The notes: generated from the sequence alone by a model not told the origin. A DNA stretch of 64,000 nt from Nevskiales bacterium (GCA_041622995.1 JBFJXR010000001.1:10933-74932), one strand, 5' to 3'. Positions 41,007 through 51,815 are shown, numbered from the stretch's first letter. Program-made: numbers and translations.

Positions 41007-41801
41007 TCAGGTCATATGAAGGCTGAAATGTGCTGCAGAAATAATGGCCACACCCAGCACAATCAATGACAATTCGGCAATACTTGTCTTTAAACCTGTC
41101 CTTCGTTGCAGGCTCGGAATCAAATCCGCCACTGCCACATAGATAAAACTCGCTGCAGCAATTCCCAGCGCATAGGGAAGCCATGTAATGGAAAGCGAGA
41201 AATAAGCGATTAGCGCGCCAATTACCGTTGTGATACTTGTACCAAGATTAAGCCAAAGCGCTTTGACCGGCCGCATTCCACTATGAATAAGTATGACGAA
41301 GTCACCCATTTCCTGAGGTAATTCATGTGCGGCTACAGCCAGACTGGTCAGTATCCCCAGGTTCACGTCGGCTAGGAATGCAGCGCCAATCAATAATCCA
41401 TCTACAACATTGTGAACCGCATCCCCAAGTAAAATCGCAGCAACTGCACCCTGCGAAATTTCCTTATTATTTGGACCTTTATCTTCGTGCCCATGCTCAT
41501 GACTGTGCCGCCATAGAACCATTTTCTCGAGCGTGAAGAACATCAGAATTCCGAATAGAACAGTCAGCCCGAGCGAATGCACATCTGCATATGCGCCGTC
41601 TTGCTCGCTCAGAATTTCAATCGCATGTGGCAACAACCCTACAAAGGCTGCTGCCAATAAAGCGCCGATAGCGAGACTGATCAGACCTGGCATCCAGCGG
41701 CCAAGTCGATCCTCAGACAGCAATAAAAGCAAGCTTGCTGCCAGCGTACTTAGAAATCCACCCAAAAGGCTGAACGGAATAATCCAGAAAAGTAGTGACA
41801 T
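41007..41801 (-). CDS. ZIP family divalent metal transporter
   Basis: 264 aa with 8 TM helices, a His-rich loop (HSHEHGHEDKG) and the ZIP signature AAHELPQEMGDF. Confidence 0.85.
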   Translation of the reverse strand: MSLLFWIIPFSLLGGFLSTLAASLLLLLSEDRLGRWMPGLISLAIGALLAAAFVGLLPHAIEILSEQDGAYADVHSLGLTVLFGILMFFTLEKMVLWRHSHEHGHEDKGPNNKEISQGAVAAILLGDAVHNVVDGLLIGAAFLADVNLGILTSLAVAAHELPQEMGDFVILIHSGMRPVKALWLNLGTSITTVIGALIAYFSLSITWLPYALGIAAASFIYVAVADLIPSLQRRTGLKTSIAELSLIVLGVAIISAAHFSLHMT

Positions 41802-41881
41802 GCAATAAAAACCAATAGGCAGCGAACGCGCTATGGTAACAAAATCAGGACAACAGCTTCTGGCTTTTCATCATGATGAAG

Positions 41882-42637
41882 TCAGTCTATCCAGATTAAA
41901 CTCGCCATTCGACCACATTGCCCATCTCGCCGATAGGAAAAAAACCTTTCCTTATCACTATAAGTGCAGAACTCACCGCCTGAGACTTTCGTAACGCCCA
42001 TTCTGTTCAGCCGAACTCTGGCCAACTTGTATATGTCCGCATAAAAATGTCCGGCGTCACTCCCTTCTACAAATGCACCCGCACAGCCCGCATCCACACT
42101 TACGAATGCCTCACGCACCTCGTTACCCACCTCGAATGCTTTGGGCCCGATCGCCGGACCCAGCCATGCCATAAGATCGGACGGCTCAACCTTTAATTTC
42201 TTTACAGTGGCCTCCAGCACGCCTGCAAGTAAACCACGCCAACCTGCATGAGCCACCGCAACCCGGTCTCCGGCTCTGGTACAAAAAAATACAGGCAGAC
42301 AGTCAGCGGTCATCACTACACACACCTGCGCAGTATCAAAAGCAATAGCCGCATCGGCTTCTGCTTCATGGCCTGTTAATGACACATCCACCACAGTCGT
42401 CCCATGCACCTGGCTCAGCCAATGCGGCTCGACTGGAAGCGAAAGCGCCTGACGCAGTCTGGTCCGGTTCTGCTGTACCGCATCCGCAGAATCGTTTACA
42501 TGTGTTGCCAGATTAAGACTGTCCCAGGGTGACTCACTTACGCCTCCCGTCCGCGTAGTCACCAATGCATGAATATTCGCTGGGGCATCCCAATCCGGGT
42601 GCAGGCATTCAATAGTCTCAACGCTCTTCATCGGCAT
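41882..42637 (-). CDS. pgeF: peptidoglycan editing factor PgeF (YfiH/DUF152 family)
   Basis: 251 aa with the blocks ..VMTADCLPV.. and ..AHAGWRG... It lies downstream of rluD and overlaps it, as in E. coli rluD-yfiH. Confidence 0.85.
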   Translation of the reverse strand: MPMKSVETIECLHPDWDAPANIHALVTTRTGGVSESPWDSLNLATHVNDSADAVQQNRTRLRQALSLPVEPHWLSQVHGTTVVDVSLTGHEAEADAAIAFDTAQVCVVMTADCLPVFFCTRAGDRVAVAHAGWRGLLAGVLEATVKKLKVEPSDLMAWLGPAIGPKAFEVGNEVREAFVSVDAGCAGAFVEGSDAGHFYADIYKLARVRLNRMGVTKVSGGEFCTYSDKERFFSYRRDGQCGRMASLIWID

Positions 42638-43577
42638 CGCTTTTCAAGGCGTTAAGTAACGCCTTCATATCTTCTGGCAAAGGCGCTTTCCATTCATGAT
42701 GCTCACCCGTGACAGGATGTTGCAGGCTTAAGCGTCTGGCATGCAAAGCCTGCCGCTTGAACGATTGCAGCACCTGACGCAAATCACTCGAGGCACCACG
42801 CGGCATTGCCAGTCGCCGGCCATAAACAGGGTCACCTACAATGGCATGCCTGATATGTTGCATATGTACACGTATCTGATGTGTACGCCCAGTTTCCAGC
42901 TTCAACTGCACATAACTGTGATGACGAAATCGCTCTATGACCCGGTAATGGGTAACCGCTTCACGCGCGCCCTGTTTTACCGCCATGCGCTTTCTGTCTC
43001 TCGGATGCCGGCCAATCGGCGCATCAACATGACCACCCGCAGTAAGCACTCCACACACTACCGCACAGTACTCCCTGCCAATCTCACGTGCCTGCATTGC
43101 GGCAGACAACACGGTGTGAGCCGCTTCACTTCGAGCAATCACAAGCAGCCCGGAGGTGTCCTTGTCCAGACGATGAATCAGGCCGGCTCGTGGCACACTC
43201 ACAAGCTCAGGCGCGAAATGCAGCAAGGCATTCTGCAAGGTGCCACTGGCATTACCTGCCCCTGGATGCACAACCAGACCCGCCGGCTTATTGATAACGA
43301 TAAGCGTCTCGTCCTCGTATACGGTATTCAGTTTTATATTCTGCGGCTCAGCTGACACTTCATTTTCAGGCTCATAATTAAGAACCACTGACTCGCCGCC
43401 CCTGACTGAAATTCGCTGTGAGCTGGGTTGCCCATCGACCAATACGGCCCCGGCTTTTATCCAGGTCTGCAATCGACTTCTGGAAAAGTCAGGCCATACC
43501 GTTGCCAGCGCCTTATCCAGCCGTTGCCCGGCACATTCTTCAGGAATAGTGGCTATAAAATTTTTAGACGGCGTCAT
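42618..43577 (-). CDS. rluD: 23S rRNA pseudouridine(1911/1915/1917) synthase
   Basis: 319 aa with an S4 domain plus the catalytic motif HRLDKDTSGLLV. It is divergent from bamD. Confidence 0.9.
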   Translation of the reverse strand: MTPSKNFIATIPEECAGQRLDKALATVWPDFSRSRLQTWIKAGAVLVDGQPSSQRISVRGGESVVLNYEPENEVSAEPQNIKLNTVYEDETLIVINKPAGLVVHPGAGNASGTLQNALLHFAPELVSVPRAGLIHRLDKDTSGLLVIARSEAAHTVLSAAMQAREIGREYCAVVCGVLTAGGHVDAPIGRHPRDRKRMAVKQGAREAVTHYRVIERFRHHSYVQLKLETGRTHQIRVHMQHIRHAIVGDPVYGRRLAMPRGASSDLRQVLQSFKRQALHARRLSLQHPVTGEHHEWKAPLPEDMKALLNALKSDADEER

Positions 43578-43694
43578 AAAATCCTTGAACTTAATTTTGG
43601 GCTACTTATTGGAGTTTAACGAACAGGCAGAACTTCCATGGCTTCAGGTATACTTGCCCGCTTAATTTACTGATTACGACTGGTTGCACTCAAC

Positions 43695-44576
43695 ATGCTA
43701 TCCCGACAACGCATGCGATTCATAACTTTTCCTGCAATTATTGCTGCCCTGTTAATGACTGGCTGTGCCAGTGACGGCCCATTGCTGAGAAACCCGTTTG
43801 CCAGCAATCAAGCACGCCAGATTGAAAAACTCAGTGCTGCCGAGCTCTATGCAAGTGCGCGCGCAAGCCTGGATAGCGGGGATGCGGAATCCGCCCTGGA
43901 CTTTTATCGTCGCCTCGAAGCCAACTATCCCTTTACCAAATACGCAACCCAAGGACAGCTGGAAACCATTTACGCTCAATTCAGCGCGTACAAACCGGAA
44001 CAGGCCCTGTCCTCTGCATCCCGGTTTATCAAGCAGCACCCGCGTCATCCCGAGATTGATTACATCTACTATTTACGCGGCGTAATCTATCAGGAAAGCA
44101 TCGACCAGAATCTTGAAACCGTTCTACAGCTGGACAGCACAGAACGCAGCCCGGAATCAGCCCGACAGGCATTCGAAGCTTTTGCGCTCCTGATCCAGCG
44201 TTACCCTGCCAGCGCATACTCTGCCGAAGCACGTGAACGGATGATCTGGCTCAAAGAACGCATGGCCCGCAATGAACTGTATGTGTCGCAATATTATTTA
44301 CGACGCGAAGCCTTTGTGGCTGCCAGCCGTCGTGCGCAGGAGATTCTGAAAAAGTATCAGGGTACCCGTGCCATTCCTCATGCATTAATCGTGATACGTG
44401 ATTCTTATGCCGGGCTGGGACTGAAGGATCTGGCAAATGATGCGCAGGCCGTATTGAACCTTAACCACCCAAACTTCGATCCTGATGCAGAAAAAGCGGG
44501 TTGGGATTTATGGCCGTTTAACGATGATGACAATGAAGCAGCCTCCACTCAGGCACCGAACAGGCTGGCGTCATAA
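43695..44576 (+). CDS. bamD: outer membrane protein assembly factor BamD
   Basis: 293 aa with a lipobox (LLMTGCAS) and TPR-like repeats (..YYLRG..YYL.R..). The start could instead be the ATG at 43713. Synteny with rluD supports the call. Confidence 0.85.
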   Translation: MLSRQRMRFITFPAIIAALLMTGCASDGPLLRNPFASNQARQIEKLSAAELYASARASLDSGDAESALDFYRRLEANYPFTKYATQGQLETIYAQFSAYKPEQALSSASRFIKQHPRHPEIDYIYYLRGVIYQESIDQNLETVLQLDSTERSPESARQAFEAFALLIQRYPASAYSAEARERMIWLKERMARNELYVSQYYLRREAFVAASRRAQEILKKYQGTRAIPHALIVIRDSYAGLGLKDLANDAQAVLNLNHPNFDPDAEKAGWDLWPFNDDDNEAASTQAPNRLAS

Positions 44577-46205
44577 ATCCCCGTAGAATGCCGTAATCGG
44601 ATATCGTCGATCACGTCCAAAGGCGCGGGCAGTAATCTTGGGACCAGGTGGCGCCTGACGCCGCTTGTACTCACTCCGGCGAATCAGACCCGTCACGCGA
44701 CGCACGACTTGCTCATCAGCACCGGTCGCGCAAAGGTCTGAAATGGAACGCCCTTCCTCGACGTATCCCTGAATCAAAGCATCAAGCACATCATAAGGCG
44801 GCAAGCTGTCTTCATCCTTCTGGTCAGGTCGCAACTCAGCCGATGGTGGACGCTCGATAACGCGCTTCGGAATTACGTCATAGTCTTCGCACAGGGTATT
44901 TCGATATTCTGCAAGACGATATACCAAAGTTTTATAAACATCCTTTAAGGGAGCAAACCCGCCGCACATGTCGCCATACAGGGTGGCATAACCCACTGCC
45001 ATCTCACTCTTGTTACCTGTTGCCAGCACCAGATGATCAAACTTGTTGGATAACGCCATTAATAATCCGCCGCGACTGCGTGACTGCAAATTTTCCTCAG
45101 TGATATCCACCGGTGCATCACCGAAAAGCGGGGCAAGACTTTCAAGGTAAGTGCTAAAGATGGGTTCAATGGCGATCTCGTCATAGCGAGCCCCAAGATT
45201 AAGCGCCTGCTCACTGGCATCATCACGACTCATGCCTGCTGTATAACGCGATGGCATGGATACTGCCCACACTCTGTCAGCACCAATGGCATCGACTGCC
45301 AATGCCAATGTCACCGCTGAATCTATACCGCCTGACAGGCCAAGTAACGCACCCTTGAATCCGTTGCGGTCAATATAGTCCCGAATCGCCTGTACGAGAC
45401 CCTGCCACACCATAGCCTCTTCAGAATAGTCTGGCGCGGATTCGGGGGTCTTGAGGATCTGCGCCTGAGCATCGACTTCGATGGGATACAAGCCTTCTTC
45501 AAAAATGGGCGCCCGGAAGTGGATTGTACCGTCAGAGCCACAGACCTGGGATCCGCCGTCAAAAACAATCTCGTCCTGCCCGCCAACACAATTGACATAC
45601 AGAATATTCAGGCCGGTTTCCAGTGCGCGCTGTGCAAGCACCGCACCCCGTTCCACAGATTTACCTATCTGGAACGGCGAGGCATTAATGTTGATGAGCA
45701 GCCTGGCGCCTGCATCCTGCGCATGCGCGGCCGGTTCGGGTTCCCAGATATCCTCACAGATGGTTAATCCACACTGCAGGCCATTCAAATTAAACAGGCC
45801 TGGTTCATGACCCCGTTTGAAATGACGCTTCTCATCAAAAACACCGTAATTGGGCAGGCACTGTTTTCTATATTGTGTCACTACCTCAGTATCACGATAA
45901 ACGACGGCAGCGTTATACATATCTCCATTGACCATCTCGGGATAGCCCACAAGTATGTGAATGCCGCTGGAAGCCACGCGGATTCTTTCCAGCCCTTCTT
46001 CTATAGCATCAGGCAAGCCAGAGCGAAGTAACAGGTCATCAGGAGGGTAACCCAGGACCGCGAGTTCGGGCGTGGCTATCAGATCAGCCCCAAGTTTATC
46101 CCGTGCAGTTTCAGCAGCAGAAATAATTTTGTCGACGTTGCCCTGAATATCCCCCACCCATAAATTGAGTTGGGCCAGAACAATTTTGTTGGTAGCTTGG
46201 CTCAT
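44571..46205 (-). CDS. nadE: NAD+ synthase (glutamine-hydrolysing)
   Basis: 544 aa. It has an N-terminal CN-hydrolase domain (..LTICEDIW..) and a C-terminal synthetase PP-loop (GLSGGIDSAV). Confidence 0.9.
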   Translation of the reverse strand: MSQATNKIVLAQLNLWVGDIQGNVDKIISAAETARDKLGADLIATPELAVLGYPPDDLLLRSGLPDAIEEGLERIRVASSGIHILVGYPEMVNGDMYNAAVVYRDTEVVTQYRKQCLPNYGVFDEKRHFKRGHEPGLFNLNGLQCGLTICEDIWEPEPAAHAQDAGARLLININASPFQIGKSVERGAVLAQRALETGLNILYVNCVGGQDEIVFDGGSQVCGSDGTIHFRAPIFEEGLYPIEVDAQAQILKTPESAPDYSEEAMVWQGLVQAIRDYIDRNGFKGALLGLSGGIDSAVTLALAVDAIGADRVWAVSMPSRYTAGMSRDDASEQALNLGARYDEIAIEPIFSTYLESLAPLFGDAPVDITEENLQSRSRGGLLMALSNKFDHLVLATGNKSEMAVGYATLYGDMCGGFAPLKDVYKTLVYRLAEYRNTLCEDYDVIPKRVIERPPSAELRPDQKDEDSLPPYDVLDALIQGYVEEGRSISDLCATGADEQVVRRVTGLIRRSEYKRRQAPPGPKITARAFGRDRRYPITAFYGDL

Positions 46206-46230
46206 GAGAACAGTATAAGTGACTCAACAG

Positions 46231-46257
46231 AAACGGCCGGCATTATGCCGGCCGTTT
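46231..46257 (-). terminator. perfect 12-bp stem hairpin after sucD (probable terminator)
   Basis: The sequence is aaacggccggca-tta-tgccggccgttt. The U-run on the minus-strand transcript is weak (tttctgtt). Confidence 0.55.
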
Positions 46258-46281
46258 CCATATATACAAAAAACCGAGGCC

Positions 46282-47154
46282 TTAGCCGCCGATCAGTTCC
46301 AGCATCGCAGAGCCCAGATCAGCAGGCGAACGCACCGTTTTCACATTTGCGGCCTCGAGTGCTGCAAACTTGGCATCCGCAGTGCCCTGCCCCCCGGAAA
46401 TGATGGCCCCAGCATGTCCCATGCGCTTACCTGCCGGAGCTGTCACGCCCGCGATATAGGCCACCACCGGCTTGGTCACATTGTCCTGTATATAAGCCGC
46501 AGCCTCTTCTTCCTTACTGCCACCGATCTCACCGACCATAATGATACCCGCGGTATCAGGGTCTTCCTGAAAACGCGAAATAACATCAATAAAGCCCATG
46601 CCATGAATCGGGTCACCACCGATCCCCACACAGGTGGACTGGCCCAGACCATTATTGGTGGTCTGGAAAACGGCTTCATAAGTCAGCGTACCGGAACGGG
46701 ATACAATACCGATCTTGCCCGGCTTGTGAATATGGCCCGGCATAATGCCGATCTTGCACTCACCCGGTGTAATCACGCCCGGGCAGTTTGGCCCAACGAG
46801 CACACAGTCTTTTTCACGTAAAACTGCTTTAACCTTCATCATGTCGATGACAGGAATGTGCTCGGTGATACAGACGATTACCCTGATGCCTGCATCGGCA
46901 GCCTCAAGAATTGCATCCGCTGCAAACGGTGCCGGCACATAAATCATGGTTGCATCTGCGCCAGTGGCTTCAACTGCTTCATAACAGGAGTTAAATACCG
47001 GCAGACCCAGATGGGTTTCTCCAGAACGGCCCGGCGTCACGCCACCCACCAGCCTGGTACCGTAGGCAATCGCCTGCTCGGAATGAAAAGTGCCCTGCTT
47101 GCCAGTAAAGCCCTGACAGATCACCTTGGTGTCCTTATTGATAAGGATGCTCAT
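46282..47154 (-). CDS. sucD: succinate--CoA ligase subunit alpha
   Basis: 290 aa. [33 protein letters not shown] and the phospho-His loop MGHAGAI are all present. Confidence 0.97.
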   Translation of the reverse strand: MSILINKDTKVICQGFTGKQGTFHSEQAIAYGTRLVGGVTPGRSGETHLGLPVFNSCYEAVEATGADATMIYVPAPFAADAILEAADAGIRVIVCITEHIPVIDMMKVKAVLREKDCVLVGPNCPGVITPGECKIGIMPGHIHKPGKIGIVSRSGTLTYEAVFQTTNNGLGQSTCVGIGGDPIHGMGFIDVISRFQEDPDTAGIIMVGEIGGSKEEEAAAYIQDNVTKPVVAYIAGVTAPAGKRMGHAGAIISGGQGTADAKFAALEAANVKTVRSPADLGSAMLELIGG

Positions 47155-47163
47155 GTATTTCCC

Positions 47164-48327
47164 CTATTCCTTTGCTGCCGCCACAACCTTGGTGGCTGCA
47201 TCGGTTAAATCAGTCGCTGCAATAATGTTGAAGCTTGTTTCGGATAAAAGCTCGCGCCCCTTTTCAACGTTGGTGCCTTCCAGTCGCACTACCACTGGCA
47301 CACTCACACCCACTTCATCCACAGCCTTGATGATGCCTTCGGCAATCAAATCACAACGCACGATACCGCCAAAAATATTCACCAGGATGGCATTCACATG
47401 ACTGCCCTTCAATATCAGCTTGAATGCTTCCGACACACGTTCTGCTGTTGCGCCACCGCCTACATCAAGGAAATTCGCAGGCTGACCCCCATGCAACTTA
47501 ATGATGTCCATCGTCGCCATCGCCAGACCGGCTCCGTTAACCATGCAACCGATATCGCCATCGAGTGTCACATAATTAAGATCGTGCTCGGCTGCTTCGC
47601 GCTCTGCCTCATCTTCCTGACTAGGATCACGCATCGCCGCAATTTCCTGACGACGATATAAGGCGTTATCATCGAAATCGAGCTTGGCATCAAGCGCCAG
47701 CAGGTCACCCGAACCCGTCACAATCAATGGATTGATCTCGACCAGTGCGGCATCACTTTCCGTAAAAATGCGATACAGACCCGTCAATACCTTGCCGAAA
47801 GGCCCGATCTGTTCCTTGGTCAGACCAAGAAAAAATCCGAGTCGGCGGGCATGAAAAGCCTGTAACCCAGAAGCCGGATGCACGCCCATGGTTAAAATGC
47901 GTTCGGGTGTGGATTCCGCAACTTCTTCGATATCCATCCCGCCATCCTGCGAGGTCATGAAAACGATCTGCTCGGAAGACCTGTCTACCAGCACACTCAG
48001 GTAGAGTTCGCGAGCAATATCCTGTGGCTCCTCGATTAAAACACTGTTAATCGGCAGGCCTTCAGCAACGGTCTGCTTGGTCACCAGACGCTGGCCCAAC
48101 ATAGCCTCTGTCGCCGAACGCACATCGTCCAGTGTATCAACCAGCTTCACGCCTCCGGCCTTGCCACGACCGCCGGCATGTACCTGGGCCTTGACGACCC
48201 AGCGGTTTCCGCCAAGTGCTTCAGCTGCTGCAACTGCCTCGTCCGCAGATGTCGCCAATTGTGCCTTGCCTACTGGCACTCCATAGTTAGCAAAAATTTC
48301 TTTTGCCTGATATTCGTGCAGGTTCAT
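47164..48327 (-). CDS. sucC: succinate--CoA ligase subunit beta (ADP-forming)
   Basis: 387 aa. [19 protein letters not shown] and ATP-grasp blocks are present. Confidence 0.97.
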   Translation of the reverse strand: MNLHEYQAKEIFANYGVPVGKAQLATSADEAVAAAEALGGNRWVVKAQVHAGGRGKAGGVKLVDTLDDVRSATEAMLGQRLVTKQTVAEGLPINSVLIEEPQDIARELYLSVLVDRSSEQIVFMTSQDGGMDIEEVAESTPERILTMGVHPASGLQAFHARRLGFFLGLTKEQIGPFGKVLTGLYRIFTESDAALVEINPLIVTGSGDLLALDAKLDFDDNALYRRQEIAAMRDPSQEDEAEREAAEHDLNYVTLDGDIGCMVNGAGLAMATMDIIKLHGGQPANFLDVGGGATAERVSEAFKLILKGSHVNAILVNIFGGIVRCDLIAEGIIKAVDEVGVSVPVVVRLEGTNVEKGRELLSETSFNIIAATDLTDAATKVVAAAKE

Positions 48328-48568
48328 GCCTGACGCCCCTTTTTAGTACCTGACGCTACACCTTGGTGCTTACGTCACAAAATAAATGACTACCCCTACA
48401 GCATAAAGTGCTATTGCATGAGGCACATCATCCCAATGAAGCATTTCGAGAACCTGAAGATTCTCCACATTCGACGCACGAACGTAAAGGCTGGCGACTC
48501 ATATTCGTGCCACTTTAGCGCAGCTCGGTTAAAGTATGCGAACACTCACAAGCACGGCCTGTGCCAAT

Positions 48569-48802
48569 ATGCCACTGTTCCGAATAATCGTACTTGCCTT
48601 AGTTCTCTGGATTGTCTATCGACTGATCAAACGCGTGATTGGCCCGGTAAAGTCTGAACGTAAACAATCAATTAACTATGAAGACATGGTGAGTTGCTCA
48701 CACTGCAACCTGCACCTTCCAAGAAGCCTGGCAATCATTAAAGAAGGTAAAGTCTTCTGCTGTGCAGAACACGCCGACAAGGCCGACACCCCGCGATCAT
48801 GA
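48569..48802 (+). CDS. small membrane-anchored Cys-rich protein (PP0621-like)
   Basis: The ATG at 48569 gives MPLFRIIVLALVLWIVYRLI (TM helix), followed by CSHC..x17..CCAEH, a TRASH/zinc-ribbon-like pattern. Its stop overlaps the pilS ATG (ATGA). Confidence 0.5.
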   Translation: MPLFRIIVLALVLWIVYRLIKRVIGPVKSERKQSINYEDMVSCSHCNLHLPRSLAIIKEGKVFCCAEHADKADTPRS

Positions 48803-50403
48803 CTCAAGTGCCCGACGATATAAATTCAGAAAACTGGGGCGCTCTGCGCACACTGAGTCTATATCGGTGGACCATTTCTACGTTGCTGATCGGTCTGTGG
48901 TGGAGTGATCAGGGCAGTCGAATACTGCCGGGAGTCAATGAAAGTTTCCTGCCCTTACTTTGCGCCCTTTACCTGGTGACGAGTCCGTTACTTTCTCTTG
49001 TACTGCTTTTCAAAAAGCCCGGCTATCAACTTCAAACCTATATACATGTAGCCGTCGACATCGCACTCACTACAGTACTTGTTTTTGTCTGTGGAGGGAT
49101 GTCCAGTGGCCTCGGGGTGCTCATGCTGACTCCGGTAGGTGGCATAGGCACACTGATACCCCGGCGCACGGCCATTTTATTTGCAGCCATTGCCAGCCTG
49201 TCCCTGCTTGCAGAAGAAATTTTCCGGGATGTATACGATTATCCACCCGCCGCTGATTACACCCTGGCTGGTCTCGTAGGGATTCTGACGTTCATTGTCT
49301 GTTATGCCGCCAACAGACTGGCCCATCGCGCCAAGGAAAGCGCCAAGCTGGCAGAACAACGTGGTATCGACCTTGCCAATCTGTCGCACCTCAACGAGCG
49401 CATCATTCATCACATGGCAGCTGGCGTTATCGTCCTGGATGAAACCGACCACATCCGCATGATGAATATGTCGGCATTACGTCTGCTTGATGCCAAAAAA
49501 AGAAATATTTCAGGATCACCAATTGCCAGCTTTGCACCGCAACTGCTGGATCAATTGAAAGATTGGCGCAAAAGTGAAAAAGCGACATTTGATGGCGACC
49601 CCGTACTCATAAGTTCTCATCGAGTACTCCCTCACTTCAGCAGGCTAGGCAAAGCGCAGGGGCCTGCTCTTATATTTCTGGAAGATGCTTCACGCTTTAT
49701 TGAGCAGTCACAACAAATCAAGCTCAATGCCCTTGGGCGCTTAACTGCAAGTATCGCGCACGAAATTCGTAATCCACTTGGCGCAATCAGTCACGCCAGC
49801 CAAATTATTCAGGAATGGAAAAATTCCCCGGAAGAAGAATCCAGACTGCTGGACATCATTGATCGTCACTGTTTACGGATCAATGCCATTGTTGAGAATG
49901 TGCTCAATTTATCCAAACGGCAGGACACTGTGCCCCAGTCCTTTGACCTGGGTGAATGGTTGGTCAAGGCGGTTGATGACTACATGCATACAGAATTTGG
50001 TAGTCAATGTGAATTTAATATGAAAAACATTCCCAATGACTTTCAGGTCCGATTTGACCCTGGCCATTTAAGCCAGATTGTCCATAACCTTTGGGACAAT
50101 GCCCACCAGCATTCAACTCAATCTGACGCTATCACCGAGATAATGCTTAAAGCTGGATTCGAGGATGAGTCCGGACGGCCATATCTGGATATATTCAATG
50201 CCGGGCCTGCCATCCCCGAGGAACTGGTCGAACAGATTTTCGAGCCTTTTTTTACAGGCATGAATAACGGCACTGGTCTTGGCCTGTATCTGGCGCGTGA
50301 ACTATGTGAATGCAATAACGCTTCAGTAAGTTATATTCAGCAGTCCGGCGAATTCGTCTGTTTCAGAATTCTTTTCGCAAACACACTTGAATGGGCAGCA
50401 TGA
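48799..50403 (+). CDS. pilS: type IV pilus two-component sensor kinase PilS
   Basis: 534 aa. It has an N-terminal polytopic (about 6 TM) domain, a PAS-like region, the H-box SIAHEIRNPL and the ATPase G-box GTGLGLYLAREL. pilR lies immediately downstream. Confidence 0.85.
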   Translation: MTQVPDDINSENWGALRTLSLYRWTISTLLIGLWWSDQGSRILPGVNESFLPLLCALYLVTSPLLSLVLLFKKPGYQLQTYIHVAVDIALTTVLVFVCGGMSSGLGVLMLTPVGGIGTLIPRRTAILFAAIASLSLLAEEIFRDVYDYPPAADYTLAGLVGILTFIVCYAANRLAHRAKESAKLAEQRGIDLANLSHLNERIIHHMAAGVIVLDETDHIRMMNMSALRLLDAKKRNISGSPIASFAPQLLDQLKDWRKSEKATFDGDPVLISSHRVLPHFSRLGKAQGPALIFLEDASRFIEQSQQIKLNALGRLTASIAHEIRNPLGAISHASQIIQEWKNSPEEESRLLDIIDRHCLRINAIVENVLNLSKRQDTVPQSFDLGEWLVKAVDDYMHTEFGSQCEFNMKNIPNDFQVRFDPGHLSQIVHNLWDNAHQHSTQSDAITEIMLKAGFEDESGRPYLDIFNAGPAIPEELVEQIFEPFFTGMNNGTGLGLYLARELCECNNASVSYIQQSGEFVCFRILFANTLEWAA

Positions 50404-51737
50404 AAAATAACAACGCAACGGAATTCCGTGCACTTGTCATCGATGATGAAGCTGACATCAGGGAATTACTGGAAATTACTCTGCAACGCATGGGGGCAGA
50501 AACCAGATCCGCAGAAAATGTAGTTGCCGGCATAGACTTACTTAAACAGCATCAATTCGACATCTGCCTTACCGATATGCGACTTACTGATGGTAGCGGC
50601 ATGGAAGTGCTTGAGCATATTCAGCTCAATTGTCCTGATTTGCCTGTCGCTGTCATTACTGCCTATGGCAATGTCGAAGATGCGGTCAATTGCCTAAAGG
50701 CAGGGGCATTTGATTTTATATCTAAACCGGTCGATTTACACACCTTACAGGCCCTGATCAACAAAGCCATCAGCCTCCCTAAGAACCAGACAGGAAAGAC
50801 ATCAAAACCTTCCCAGCTCACGGGAAATTCCGATTCAATAAAACAGTTGCGCATACTTATAGATAAACTTGCACGAAGTCAGGCACCTGTTTATATCAGC
50901 GGCGAATCAGGGACAGGCAAGGAACTCGTAGCCAGACAAATCCACCAACAGGGCTCGCGTGCAACCCAGTCATTCATTCCCGTCAATTGCGGCGCCATCC
51001 CCACCGAACTAATGGAAAGCGAACTATTTGGTCATATTAAAGGCAGTTTTACCGGCGCAATTAAAGATAACCCGGGGCTTTTCAATCTTGCCGAAGGCGG
51101 CACCCTGTTCCTGGATGAAATTGCCGAGCTGCCCCTGCATATGCAGGTAAAACTCCTGCGCGCTATTCAGGAAAGGAAAATAAGACCTGTCGGCGGTCAA
51201 ACCGAAGAAGCAACCGATGTGCGAATTCTATGCGCGACACATAAAGACCTTGGCCAATTGGTAGAGAGTGGGAAGTTTCGCCAGGATCTTTACTATCGTA
51301 TTAATGTGATCCAGATTGACGTCCCATCGCTGCGGGAAAGAAAGGAGGACATACCCTTGTTATGCGACGAAATTCTCCAACAAATCAGTCACCGCAATCA
51401 GGCTGACGCGCCCAAACTTGATTCGACAGCCATTGCGTCGCTGCTTGAATATCCCTTTCCCGGTAATATCAGGGAACTGGAGAACATACTTGAGCGCGCG
51501 GTCACGCTGGCCGAAAACAACACCATTACATCCGATGATCTCCTCCTGCCAGCCAGCACTAGCAATACCAAAGAGAGTGACGGCCACACATTAAGTGAAC
51601 AGATTAATGAGCAGGAAAAAGACCTGATCAAGAAGGCGCTTGAGGAGACTCGTTACAACAAGACCAAGGCTGCTGAACGACTTGGGCTTAGCTTCAGACA
51701 ACTCCGCTATCGATTGAAAAAGCTGGGGCTTGACTGA
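50400..51737 (+). CDS. pilR: sigma-54-dependent response regulator PilR
   Basis: The ATG at 50400 overlaps the pilS stop. It has a REC domain, an AAA+ domain (GESGTGKE; GSFTGA, a variant of the GAFTGA sigma-54 contact loop) and a C-terminal Fis-type HTH. Confidence 0.9.
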   Translation: MKNNNATEFRALVIDDEADIRELLEITLQRMGAETRSAENVVAGIDLLKQHQFDICLTDMRLTDGSGMEVLEHIQLNCPDLPVAVITAYGNVEDAVNCLKAGAFDFISKPVDLHTLQALINKAISLPKNQTGKTSKPSQLTGNSDSIKQLRILIDKLARSQAPVYISGESGTGKELVARQIHQQGSRATQSFIPVNCGAIPTELMESELFGHIKGSFTGAIKDNPGLFNLAEGGTLFLDEIAELPLHMQVKLLRAIQERKIRPVGGQTEEATDVRILCATHKDLGQLVESGKFRQDLYYRINVIQIDVPSLRERKEDIPLLCDEILQQISHRNQADAPKLDSTAIASLLEYPFPGNIRELENILERAVTLAENNTITSDDLLLPASTSNTKESDGHTLSEQINEQEKDLIKKALEETRYNKTKAAERLGLSFRQLRYRLKKLGLD

Positions 51738-51769
51738 CAATAAATGTCACTATCCGACATTTATTGTCA
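51735..51769. promoter_or_regulatory. perfect 14-bp inverted repeat, a candidate PilR upstream activating site (or a pilR 3' hairpin)
   Basis: tgacaataaatgtc (51735-51748) and gacatttattgtca (51756-51769) are separated by a 7-nt spacer. The repeat overlaps the pilR stop codon and is centred about 85 nt upstream of the -24 element. Confidence 0.45.
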
Positions 51770-51815
51770 TAAATCGCCCGCAGCCGTCAATATGCAATTT
51801 ATATTTATCATTATA

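Noticed and set aside
40969-41184. 71-aa ORF overlapping the ZIP transporter 3' end on the same strand
   Set aside because: It is an alternate frame inside a well-supported ZIP gene, and its Cys-rich odd composition argues against coding.
46219-46821. 200-aa ORF antisense to sucD
   Set aside because: It lies opposite one of the most confidently identified genes in the window and starts inside the terminator hairpin. It has no family resemblance.
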